DNA of 64,000 nt from Chloroflexota bacterium (GTDB taxonomy: Bacteria; Chloroflexota; Anaerolineae; Anaerolineales; UBA11858). How positions within the stretch are numbered: the stretch's first letter is position 1; each line of letters begins with the position of its first letter. The stretch is taken from NCBI GenBank assembly GCA_018648225.1, contig JABGRQ010000075.1, positions 166-64,165 of the forward strand, read 5' to 3'. Shown piece by piece: positions 8,706-17,469 of the stretch. Below the pieces are notes generated by a model, which ran no database searches, was not told the DNA's origin, and saw nothing but the letters and a program-made list of their open reading frames with translations. The position numbers were made by a program, and so were the translations under genes.

Positions 8706-9416
8706 TTAGCCGCCGTTGTTGTTGCCTCCGGGGCGTTGTCCACCGGGTTTGCGTCCACCAGGCTGTTGACCACCATCGGGGCCGCGGAATTCACCGCTGC
8801 CGATCTGGTCGGCCTGTTCCTGGGTGATGACACCGTCGGCGATGGCTTCATCCAGGGCCGCTTGTTGGGCAGCCTGCATCTCAGTCTGGAAATCTTCTTG
8901 GGAGATACCTAGCTCATCGAGCAAATCCGGGATGCGCTGACCCTCTGCCAGAGCTGTTTGCAACTCTTCTGCGCTCATCCCCAACGCTGTGGCAAGCATG
9001 GCTTCTTGATCCATATAGTCTTGCAGCGCCTGCCGAGCGATGAAATTATCATACTCTTCCTGAGTGATCTCGCCATCCGCCAGCGCTTGCTCCAGTGCGG
9101 CTGTGTGAGCGCTTTGTTGGGCGGCAGTGAGCTCGTCTGCGCTGATGCCCAGGGCGGTCGCCAGGGCGGCTGAAAAATCGCTGCTTGGCCCGGCGCTATT
9201 GGAACGTACTTCTTCCATAGCAGCCTGGAGTTCTTCAACTGTGATGCCCAGTGCATCGGCCAGATATTGGTTATCGCCAGAATTCTGCGAGGGACCGCCT
9301 TTTCCGTCGGGGCCGGAGGCGTGATTGGCATCGAGGGGCGCAAACGCCAGGGCGCTCAGCGAGAGAACGGCAATTGTGCCGATTATTAAAACATTGAACC
9401 ATTTTTTCTTAAACAT
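8706..9416 (-). CDS. secreted acidic repeat protein with Gly/Pro-rich basic tail
   Basis: N-terminal signal peptide (MFKKKWFNVLIIGTIAVLSLSALAFA). Repeated LA.ALG[IM][ST].[DE]EL..A and AL[ED][QE]A[LI]ADG.ITQE[EQ] motifs. C-terminal GGQQPGGRKPGGQRPGGNNNGG. Confidence 0.6.
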   Translation of the reverse strand: MFKKKWFNVLIIGTIAVLSLSALAFAPLDANHASGPDGKGGPSQNSGDNQYLADALGITVEELQAAMEEVRSNSAGPSSDFSAALATALGISADELTAAQQSAHTAALEQALADGEITQEEYDNFIARQALQDYMDQEAMLATALGMSAEELQTALAEGQRIPDLLDELGISQEDFQTEMQAAQQAALDEAIADGVITQEQADQIGSGEFRGPDGGQQPGGRKPGGQRPGGNNNGG

Positions 9417-9614
9417 CGTTTGTCTCCTTTGTGTACGAATGTTTTATTGAATTCCGAAGCTTTGTTCGGAGTGGCTAAAGGATAACAAGGAGATGTTCAG
9501 AAAATGTTCAGGAAGCATGAATAAATTATGGCTTCAGCGTGAGTGTTTGATGAGTTTTGTATTAGAATAAGATGTGTGTATATTGTGGCAGGTGATCAAC
9601 AAGGATGAGACAAA

Positions 9615-11390
9615 ATGCAAGATAGCGATCAAACTCATATAGCTAACCCGAAACAATCGGATGATACTGTACTTAGTGTCGAAGATGCGCTGGTTGGGCA
9701 TACGCTGGGGGCGTATCAATTGACAGAACGTTTGGGGCAGGGCGGCATGGCAACGGTTTATAAAGCTTATGAACCGGTGCTGGATCGTTATGTGGCGGTG
9801 AAGGTATTGCCGCAATTTTTTGCCAACGATCCCAACTTTATGCAGCGTTTTCAACGCGAGGCCAAAGCTGTGGCGCAGTTAAATCATCCCGCAATTGTGC
9901 CGGTATACAGTTTTGGTGAAGATAAATCGATTACCTATATCGCCATGCAATATGTGGCCGGGGGCACATTGAAACAATCGCGCGGTCAAGTTCACAGTCC
10001 GCAAGATGCCATTCGCTTGATTTTGCCCGTGGTGCAGGCGCTGGCTTTTGCCCATCAGCGCGGCATCATCCACCGCGATATCAAGCCCAGCAATGTGCTG
10101 CTTTCAGACGGCAAATGGCCGTTGCTGGCTGATTTTGGCCTGGCGAAAATGGTCGAAAACTCGGGTCAACTCACCGGTACTGGCGTTGGGGTTGGCACAC
10201 CGATGTATATGTCGCCGGAACAGGGCGAAGGACATCCGGTAGACCATCGCACCGATATTTACTCGCTGGGCATTATGCTTTACGAAATGCTCACTGGCGA
10301 TGTGCCTTTCCGTGCCGATACGCCAATGGCAATTGTAATCAAGCATATGACGGCGCCCATGCCAATGCCGCGGGCTGTCAATCCGGCCATTCCAGAAGAG
10401 TTGGAGCGCGTGATTCTGAAAGCAACCGCTAAAGCCCCGGACGATCGCTATCAGACTGCCGATGAGTTGGCAACCGCGTTGGAAAATGTTCAGGCTCATT
10501 TAGGACAGATTATCGCATTTTCGGAACAGAAAACCGTGACGGCTGAACGCCCCCAGGTGGTGGATGATGCACCTGCGTCGCCGCGGGGGAATTTGTTCCG
10601 AAAAGTGGGCTTTACGCTGCTGGCTGCGTTGGGGATTCTCTTTCTGGGGGTGGTGTTGATGGGCGTTTTCGATATTTGCCCACCCCCGGGGCCGTGGCCG
10701 ATTCCCCCGTGGTGCGAGGGTTCACCCTATCAATTGCCCAGCATTGGCGAGATAGATGCGCCTGCGCCCACCCCTGTGATCTCAGAAGGTGTACTGGGAG
10801 GAATTTTATTTCAGGACGATTTTGATGGCAGCATTTCGCCGCGTTGGCAATTCACGGCGGAGCATTATCTCAACCCCTGGCAGGCAGATACCTTTGACGG
10901 TCGCAGCGTGATGCGCACGATTCCACCATCACAGGCCGGGGGGATGAATGTGGCTGAAATTCGAGGTACCAGCTGGGAAAATTACGCGATCCAGTTTGAT
11001 TTTTTCTTCGAGAATCCCGATGAATTCGGCGCTTATTATTTTTGGCTGCGTGGGCGCATCACCGATTGCCCACCGACGATGGCAGCGATGCAGGCTTATT
11101 CTTTATTGATTTCGCCCGATAAGATTTGGGTTGACAAAGCAATATGTCAGGAAGGCTCTGGCTATGTTTTGATAAAAAACGACCGTAATTTCATGCTTGA
11201 GGGCTGGCACACAGTGCAATATGTATTTATTGACAATCGGATTCAGGTTTATATCGACGGTGAAAAATATCTCGATTATACCGATGCCGATGAACCCTTT
11301 GGAGGTGGCGATCTCTGGATTGAGACCAGTGGTGAAAGCGAGCTTTTAGTGGATAATCTGGTTATTTATGAGGTTGTTGCCGACGAATGA
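9615..11390 (+). CDS. Hanks-type Ser/Thr protein kinase with TM helix and extracytoplasmic jelly-roll-like domain
   Basis: [28 protein letters not shown] and a TM helix (FTLLAALGILFLGVVLMGVF). The C-terminal ~200 aa (FQDDFDG..WQF..) resembles LamG/DUF1080-type domains; the latter is inference. Confidence 0.9.
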   Translation: MQDSDQTHIANPKQSDDTVLSVEDALVGHTLGAYQLTERLGQGGMATVYKAYEPVLDRYVAVKVLPQFFANDPNFMQRFQREAKAVAQLNHPAIVPVYSFGEDKSITYIAMQYVAGGTLKQSRGQVHSPQDAIRLILPVVQALAFAHQRGIIHRDIKPSNVLLSDGKWPLLADFGLAKMVENSGQLTGTGVGVGTPMYMSPEQGEGHPVDHRTDIYSLGIMLYEMLTGDVPFRADTPMAIVIKHMTAPMPMPRAVNPAIPEELERVILKATAKAPDDRYQTADELATALENVQAHLGQIIAFSEQKTVTAERPQVVDDAPASPRGNLFRKVGFTLLAALGILFLGVVLMGVFDICPPPGPWPIPPWCEGSPYQLPSIGEIDAPAPTPVISEGVLGGILFQDDFDGSISPRWQFTAEHYLNPWQADTFDGRSVMRTIPPSQAGGMNVAEIRGTSWENYAIQFDFFFENPDEFGAYYFWLRGRITDCPPTMAAMQAYSLLISPDKIWVDKAICQEGSGYVLIKNDRNFMLEGWHTVQYVFIDNRIQVYIDGEKYLDYTDADEPFGGGDLWIETSGESELLVDNLVIYEVVADE

Positions 11391-11427
11391 TGATGGGAAA
11401 TTGACCACATGCGGGGAATCAAAAAAT

Positions 11428-11468
11428 AAGGGTATGGGGCGCTTCGCGCCCCATACCCTTATTTTTTT
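11428..11468. terminator. bidirectional rho-independent terminator
   Basis: 15-bp stem aagggtatggggcgc / gcgccccataccctt, loop ttc, A-run upstream and T-run downstream. It sits between convergent genes. Confidence 0.75.
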
Positions 11469-11475
11469 GAATCTT

Positions 11476-11850
11476 TTATTCGATAGATTTTCGTGTTAGC
11501 AGCCAATACAGGCCGAATAGCAACCCAGGGAGTGAAAAAAGCATGAAAAATAGCCCGCTCGGCAGATTGCCTGAAAAGAGCCAATTGGAAATGTAGAATA
11601 GCAGCAAGCTGCCGAGCGTAATCGCAGCGCCCAGTCCAGTGCGCCACCAGGCGATCAGCATACCCACGATGACGCCAAACGGGAAGAAGAGTAACCCAAT
11701 CCATTCTTTTGCCGAAAGCGCCGATGGATTGCCAAAACCGCCCTCGCCAACCATAAATAGCAATAACACCGCTATTACGACCACACTTAGTAGCCGCGCG
11801 GTCCACAGCAGAATCGACATGAAGTTGGATTTTGCGGGCATAGCAGACAT
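11476..11850 (-). CDS. small four-TM membrane protein, unknown function
   Basis: 124-aa hydrophobic ORF, 3 nt downstream of the TetR gene on the same strand. No recognisable motif. Confidence 0.5.
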   Translation of the reverse strand: MSAMPAKSNFMSILLWTARLLSVVVIAVLLLFMVGEGGFGNPSALSAKEWIGLLFFPFGVIVGMLIAWWRTGLGAAITLGSLLLFYISNWLFSGNLPSGLFFMLFSLPGLLFGLYWLLTRKSIE

Positions 11851-11853
11851 TTG

Positions 11854-12453
11854 TTACCTCACTTTCAACCCATCAAAATAGATTTGGGTTCCGGTTTTGA
11901 TATGTTTGGGGATGTCGACTGCGTCCGGGTCATAGATCGAGAGCAGGATTGTGCCCTCAATAATTGCTCCCAGGGTTATGGCCGCATCTTTGGCATCATA
12001 GGGCCGCAGTTCGCCATTATCAATGCCTTGCTGTATGATAACGGTCAGATGTTCGGTGTACGTTTGAAAATACTTGCGAAAACTTTGCTGGACAAATTTC
12101 TTATGGAAAACCAGACCTAAAAATTCATAGGCTATCGGGAGCAATCGCATCCACTCTTGAATATCCTCGATGGTCAGAGTAATGAAATGTTCCAGGCGTT
12201 CAAGCGCGGGCCGATCATTGCTTTGAAGTTCACGTAAGCCACGAAATTCGCGTTCAAACAGACGATCTAGAATTGCGATAATGATTTCGTCCCGACTTTT
12301 GAAATACCAATATACGGCCCCCTTACTGAGATTGGCCTCACCGGCAATATCATCCACGCGTGCTTTGTGCAGCCCCATGCGAATGAAAACACTTGTGGCA
12401 GCATCTAAAATCTGGTTTTTACGCGCTTCACTTACATCCGGCCGCGGAGACAT
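11854..12453 (-). CDS. TetR/AcrR family transcriptional regulator
   Basis: N-terminal HTH: ILDAATSVFIRMGLHKARVDDIAGEANLSKGAVYWYFKSRDEI. Confidence 0.9.
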   Translation of the reverse strand: MSPRPDVSEARKNQILDAATSVFIRMGLHKARVDDIAGEANLSKGAVYWYFKSRDEIIIAILDRLFEREFRGLRELQSNDRPALERLEHFITLTIEDIQEWMRLLPIAYEFLGLVFHKKFVQQSFRKYFQTYTEHLTVIIQQGIDNGELRPYDAKDAAITLGAIIEGTILLSIYDPDAVDIPKHIKTGTQIYFDGLKVR

Positions 12454-12559
12454 AGGTTTTGCTCCTGATAACTGACTTGCTGGTCGATTATAGATTATCG
12501 AAAAACTAGAGGACTGTCAAGCAGGAAGCAAATAAGTGATTGCCGAAGTAACAAATTGA

Positions 12560-13441
12560 CTAATATTTTTTACGCCGCTTTTTGGGGAGTTTATACTTCT
12601 CGGGGCCAGGGGAAAGAAATGATATTTTTATCACTTTGTTGCGCACCAGTAGCCATACCAGGCCCGCAATTGCCAGCAATAGATAGATCAGGCGCGACCA
12701 ACTGAAATCGGTGCCGGGGATGCGCGGCTGGTCGGGGCGGAAGACTTCAATGAACACGCGCCCCACGCCTGCCAGCAGCATCCAGGCAGCGAAAGCGGCT
12801 CCGGGCTTGAATTTATCCATGAATTTGCGTGTCAACCACAAGATTAATCCCGCGGCGAGAAAATTCCACAGCATTTCATAGGCAAAGGTGGGGTGAAAGC
12901 GCGTCGTCGCTTCGGGGTACAGCGTTAGATCGTTCCAGGGGGGCATACGGTGCAATGCATCAATGGCAATGCCCCAGGGTAAATTGGTGGGCGGCCCGTA
13001 AAGCTCTTGATTGATGAAATTCCCCAGTCGGCCAATCGCCTGCCCGATCAGCAATGAAGGCGCAATTGCGTCGAGTAGCAGGAGCATATCGGCGCGGTTG
13101 CGGCGGGCGTAAAGATACACTGCAACCAGTCCGAAGACAAAAGAGCCAAAAATGTGCAGTCCGCCTTCCGAGATGCGCCAGATACGGGCGGGCTGATCAA
13201 TAAAAATGCGCCCGCCCCCCAGAATATCATTCACTACATACCAGAAGCGCGCCCCAATCACTGCTGCGGGCAGCGCCCACAATAACGCATCCCAAACCCA
13301 TTCGGCTTTACCACCGCGGCGCACGATTTCTTTTTCGGCGATCCAGGTTGAGAGCATAACCCCCACGGCAATCAACAAGCCGTACCAGCGAAATGCCAGT
13401 TCCAGGCTGCCAATGTTGAATGAAAAAATAACCGGATCCAT
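12560..13441 (-). CDS. lgt: prolipoprotein diacylglyceryl transferase
   Basis: FRWYGLLIAVGV, GRLGNFINQELYG and a multi-TM profile typical of Lgt. Confidence 0.9.
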   Translation of the reverse strand: MDPVIFSFNIGSLELAFRWYGLLIAVGVMLSTWIAEKEIVRRGGKAEWVWDALLWALPAAVIGARFWYVVNDILGGGRIFIDQPARIWRISEGGLHIFGSFVFGLVAVYLYARRNRADMLLLLDAIAPSLLIGQAIGRLGNFINQELYGPPTNLPWGIAIDALHRMPPWNDLTLYPEATTRFHPTFAYEMLWNFLAAGLILWLTRKFMDKFKPGAAFAAWMLLAGVGRVFIEVFRPDQPRIPGTDFSWSRLIYLLLAIAGLVWLLVRNKVIKISFLSPGPEKYKLPKKRRKKY

Positions 13442-13449
13442 AATTTCTC

Positions 13450-15045
13450 CTACTCGATATACCCAAGTCCGCGCAAACGCTCTAGCACGGCTTCGTCTGT
13501 GAGATTGTCTGTTTTTGTTGCATGCGTATCGCTCGCCCGGCGTTTGATGGCGCTGGCTGTATGTTGGTCGAGTGCGGCCATTAATATTTGGCGCATTTCG
13601 TTGGTTTCAATCGCCTGGCTCTCGAAAGGGTCTTTTTCCAAATCAAAGAGCTGGTCGTGCACATTTTCGACACGATAAAGTTTATTCGACTGCTGAATCA
13701 CAGTACGATGGATGGCCTGACAGTGGAACGCGGCCATTAATTCGGGTTCGTGCTTGCGCATAATCTGGATAATATTATCGGGGGGGAACGCTTCGCTGAA
13801 TGTGAGGGGCTGATTCTGCTCATCGAAGTTGGGGCTATGCCCGAGGCTGCGCGGGCGTGTTTCAGCATTTTCGGGCGAACGCGTAGCAACCGTGCGGATG
13901 CCCACCGCATCGAGAACGGTGTCGAATAACCGGGTGGTAGAAACCACCCTCGAGACGCGTTCGCCGCGCATCTGCCCAGGGGAGCGAATCACCAACGGGA
14001 CGCGGATCAACTCCTGATACAGCCCCAATCCATGCCCCATATATTGATGTTCGCCCAGCATTTCGCCGTGATCTGCCACCAGGATGACCATTGTATTCTC
14101 GCGGTGATTTGGCGTATCCAGCGTGTTGAACAGGCGGTGCAGCAGATGATCTTGATAAGCAATCTCGGCATCATACATCTGGCTCAGGGTTTGTGCTTCA
14201 AGTTCGGTATACGGAGTTTCCAGCGGCAGCAGCCAGCGCAGCGCCTGTGTGTTATAGATACGCATAAAATCCCGCGCGGCAGGCTCGTCTTTGATGATCG
14301 GTGCGAATTGACGCACGAATGGGTCGGGCGGCGAGTAGGGCAAGTGGGTTTCCATCAAATTCAGGAAAACGAATTGAGGCGTTTCAGGGTTGGAAAGATT
14401 TTGCTGAATAAATTGCGTGGCATCCATGATGGATGCGTTCGTATCGCCTTTGAAATTGGCGTAGCGCGTCCATAGCGATACCAACCGGGGATTGAGGATG
14501 ACCTGAAAGACATCGGGGGATGAAGCTACCGCTTGCTGGATGGGTGTGGCAATGCGGTCAATCAGGTTACGGTATCCATTACGCAGGCCGGTGAGTAACT
14601 GGAGCGTTTTGTGGCCGTTGTGCCCATTGCTGGATGGAATTGTGGGAACTGTGCCGCCGTAATTATAAAAGGCATCGAAGCCGCGGCGCAGGCCGTTGTT
14701 GAGCACACCTACCAGCGGATTGTTGCAAAAACCGGTGCTCGTATACCCCTTTGTTCGCAAATACTCAGTGCTGGTGGGGAATGTGGTGTGCAGCGCTGCC
14801 CCTGATTGCACAACCTGATGGGTGCTGGGATATTCCCCGCTAAACATGGATGCGTGCGAAGGAATCGTCCACTGAGCGGGTGCGATAGCATTCTCGAAGA
14901 GCGTGGCTCCCTGGGCAAAAGCGTTGATGTTGGGCGAAGTTGGTTGCTTGTACCCATAGCTGCCCAGGCGGTCTGCGCGATGGGTATCGAGAACGATGAA
15001 AACAATGTTAGGAAGTTGGTGAGTCATAGAAATAGTGCTGGTCAA
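13450..15045 (-). CDS. sulfatase-like (alkaline-phosphatase superfamily) hydrolase/transferase
   Basis: NIVFIVLDTHRADRLGSYGY metal-site motif and DHGEMLGEH. The position of the C/S-x-P-x-R sulfatase signature reads T-I-P-S-H. Confidence 0.8.
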   Translation of the reverse strand: MTSTISMTHQLPNIVFIVLDTHRADRLGSYGYKQPTSPNINAFAQGATLFENAIAPAQWTIPSHASMFSGEYPSTHQVVQSGAALHTTFPTSTEYLRTKGYTSTGFCNNPLVGVLNNGLRRGFDAFYNYGGTVPTIPSSNGHNGHKTLQLLTGLRNGYRNLIDRIATPIQQAVASSPDVFQVILNPRLVSLWTRYANFKGDTNASIMDATQFIQQNLSNPETPQFVFLNLMETHLPYSPPDPFVRQFAPIIKDEPAARDFMRIYNTQALRWLLPLETPYTELEAQTLSQMYDAEIAYQDHLLHRLFNTLDTPNHRENTMVILVADHGEMLGEHQYMGHGLGLYQELIRVPLVIRSPGQMRGERVSRVVSTTRLFDTVLDAVGIRTVATRSPENAETRPRSLGHSPNFDEQNQPLTFSEAFPPDNIIQIMRKHEPELMAAFHCQAIHRTVIQQSNKLYRVENVHDQLFDLEKDPFESQAIETNEMRQILMAALDQHTASAIKRRASDTHATKTDNLTDEAVLERLRGLGYIE

Positions 15046-15241
15046 ACCCCGCAGGGTTTTAGTAGAAATTAGAAGGGAAATATTTAGAAAGCCCAGGATT
15101 TTTTAGAGCCGTGGAATTTTACCATAGCCGTAACTACTCAGCCCGGCGAACGAAACATAATTTCGATGGCAAGTTTTGCAACGGTCATTGCGCTTTCAAT
15201 CGTCGAACCGAGAATATTCTTATGGAAAATTAAGACCGTTT

Positions 15242-15250
15242 TGGTATAAT
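15242..15250 (+). promoter_or_regulatory. candidate extended -10 promoter (TGgTATAAT)
   Basis: tggtataat in the 381-bp sulfatase-pdhA divergent spacer. Pattern only. Confidence 0.3.
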
Positions 15251-15277
15251 TAGGATGAAATATCTTGTAAATACTGT

Positions 15278-15306
15278 AACGCCGAGATCATCTCGGTGTT
15301 ATTTTT
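15278..15306 (+). terminator. terminator-like hairpin upstream of pdhA
   Basis: 10-bp stem aacgccgaga / tctcggtgtt (one G-U), loop tca, followed by attttt. It lies ~28 nt downstream of the candidate -10 and 120 nt upstream of the pdhA ATG. Confidence 0.45.
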
Positions 15307-15426
15307 GTAAGCTTTGCAAGTTCGTTTGCCGGGGTGGGAACCCAAATAGGCTGATTTCCAAGACATGAGCGGATCAACCCTGGTTTTATAGCTTCGCCTT
15401 TGGGCGAATAGAAGGAAAAATATATT

Positions 15427-16383
15427 ATGGAAAAACAAGATCACCTGGATATTTATTACCAGATGGTGCTTATTCGCCGCGTGGAAGAACGCGCCGCCGA
15501 GTTGTATCAGCAAGGCAAGATTGGCGGATTTTTGCACCTGTATATTGGCCAGGAAGCCGTCAGCACCGGCTTGGTTGCAGCGCGCAAACCGCAGGATCGC
15601 ATTATCACCGCCTATCGCGATCATGGTGTTGCGCTGAATGTGGGGATGAGCGCCAACGAAGTCATTGCGGAGTTGTTGGGGAAGGCTACCGGCTGCTCAA
15701 AGGGCAAGGGCGGCTCGATGCACATGGCCGATGTAGAGAAGAATTTTTGGGGCGGACATGCCATTGTGGGCGCGCATCTGCCCATCGCCGCCGGGATGGC
15801 CCTGGCGGATCAGTATACGGAGAGCGACGGCGTGACCATTTGCATGTTTGGCGATGGGGCTACGAATATTGGCTTCTTCCATGAAGGTGTTAATCTCTCG
15901 AAAGTCTGGAATCTGCCCGTGCTGTGGGTGTGCGAGAATAATCAATATGGTATGGGCACCACCATCGAGCGCGCCTCCGCTGTTTCGGAGATTCGTCAGA
16001 AGGCCGAAGGCTACGGCATCCCCAATGAGCGCGTGGACGGCATGGATGTGATGGCTGTGCGTGAGGCCACCCTGAAAGCGATGGAGCATATCCGCAGCGG
16101 GGAAGGCCCCTACTTTTTAGAAATTATGACCTATCGTTTCCGTGGCCATTCGATGGGCGACCCGGAACGCTACCGCGAATCGGCCGAGATCAAAAAATGG
16201 CAAGAAAACGATCCTATCGGGATTTATCGTACCTATCTCAAAAAAGAGAAAATCGCCACGAAGAAAGAACTGGATGTCATTGACGATCAAATCACGGAAG
16301 AAGTGCGAGCCGCGGTGCAATTTGCTGAATCTAGCCCTGATCCCGCGCCCGAAGCTTTATTTGAAGATGTATATGCCAATTAA
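15427..16383 (+). CDS. pdhA: pyruvate dehydrogenase E1 component, alpha subunit
   Basis: TPP-binding E1-alpha motifs (YRDHG, GKGGSMHM, GDGATNIG, ENNQYGMGT, YRFRGHSMGDP). Confidence 0.9.
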   Translation: MEKQDHLDIYYQMVLIRRVEERAAELYQQGKIGGFLHLYIGQEAVSTGLVAARKPQDRIITAYRDHGVALNVGMSANEVIAELLGKATGCSKGKGGSMHMADVEKNFWGGHAIVGAHLPIAAGMALADQYTESDGVTICMFGDGATNIGFFHEGVNLSKVWNLPVLWVCENNQYGMGTTIERASAVSEIRQKAEGYGIPNERVDGMDVMAVREATLKAMEHIRSGEGPYFLEIMTYRFRGHSMGDPERYRESAEIKKWQENDPIGIYRTYLKKEKIATKKELDVIDDQITEEVRAAVQFAESSPDPAPEALFEDVYAN

Positions 16384-16485
16384 CCGCAGATAAACACAGA
16401 TGTACACAGATAACAAAATATCAGCGTTTATCCGCTTGCATCTGCGGTTCTCCTATCCAGTATAGGATGACAATAGGAAAAAACT

Positions 16486-17469
16486 ATGACCGAAACCAAA
16501 CGAATTACCATGCGCGAGGCTATCTCACAGGCCCTGTGGGAAGAGATGGAGCGTGATGAAAAAGTATTTATTATGGGCGAAGAAGTTGGCGTGTGGGGTG
16601 GAACCTACGCTGTAACTAAAGGCTTCTTCGATCATTTTGGCCCCAAACGCGTGCGCGATACCCCAATTGCCGAAACTGCCATCGTCGGCGGTGGTGTTGG
16701 CGCGGCGATGGCAGGCCTGCGCCCGGTGGCTGAATTAATGACGATCAACTTCGCTTTCGTGGCGATGGATCATATCGTCAATGAAGCCGCCAAGATGCGC
16801 TATATGTTCGGCGGGCAGATGTCTGTTCCGCTAGTCATCCGCGCTGTGGGCGGCGGCGGGCGGCAATTAGGCGCTACACATTCACAAACCCCCGACGCCA
16901 TTTTTGCCCACTTCCCCGGCCTGAAAGTCATCGCCCCTGGCACCCCTTACGATGCCAAAGGTCTGCTCAAAGCTGCTATCCGCGCCGATGACCCCGTGAT
17001 GTTCATCGAGCACGCCACCATGTACCAGACGCGCGGCGAAGTCCCCGTGGATGAAGATTATCTCGTTCCGATTGGCAAAAGCAAAATCCAGCGACCGGGG
17101 CGCGATGTCACCATTGTGACCTACGCCAAAGGGCTTGATCTCTCGCTCAAGGCCGCTGATCAGCTTGCCAAAGAGGGCATTGAAGTCGAAATCGTCGATC
17201 TGCGCACGCTGCGCCCGCTGGATATGGAGCCGGTGATCGAGTCGTTCAAGCGTACCAACCGGGCTGTCGTCGTCGAGGAAGGCTGGCGCTCGTATGGCGT
17301 CGGCTCGGAGGTTGTCTCGCGTATTTACGAGGAAGCCTTCGATTATGTCGATGCCCCCATTCGCCGCGTGGCGCAGACAGAAGTACCTTTGCCCTATAAT
17401 CAGGCCCTCGAACAAATGGCGCTGCCGCAGGTTGCCGATGTGGTCAAAGCCGTCAAGGAGGTGTTCTAA
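16486..17469 (+). CDS. pdhB: pyruvate dehydrogenase E1 component, beta subunit
   Basis: Transketolase-like pyrimidine-binding and C-terminal domains (MGEEVG..GTY, DTPIAE, MTINF). Confidence 0.9.
   Translation: MTETKRITMREAISQALWEEMERDEKVFIMGEEVGVWGGTYAVTKGFFDHFGPKRVRDTPIAETAIVGGGVGAAMAGLRPVAELMTINFAFVAMDHIVNEAAKMRYMFGGQMSVPLVIRAVGGGGRQLGATHSQTPDAIFAHFPGLKVIAPGTPYDAKGLLKAAIRADDPVMFIEHATMYQTRGEVPVDEDYLVPIGKSKIQRPGRDVTIVTYAKGLDLSLKAADQLAKEGIEVEIVDLRTLRPLDMEPVIESFKRTNRAVVVEEGWRSYGVGSEVVSRIYEEAFDYVDAPIRRVAQTEVPLPYNQALEQMALPQVADVVKAVKEVF

Noticed and set aside
11459-11806. An alternative-frame ORF (115 aa) overlapping the small membrane-protein gene on the same strand.
   Set aside because: The 11476..11850 frame gives four clean TM helices and abuts the TetR gene. 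The alternative frame is Arg/Trp-rich with no features.
15306-15426. A possible TPP riboswitch in the pdhA leader, since PDH E1 uses TPP.
   Set aside because: I could not find the conserved CUGAGA / ACCUGA cores, and TPP riboswitches are not expected on PDH genes.
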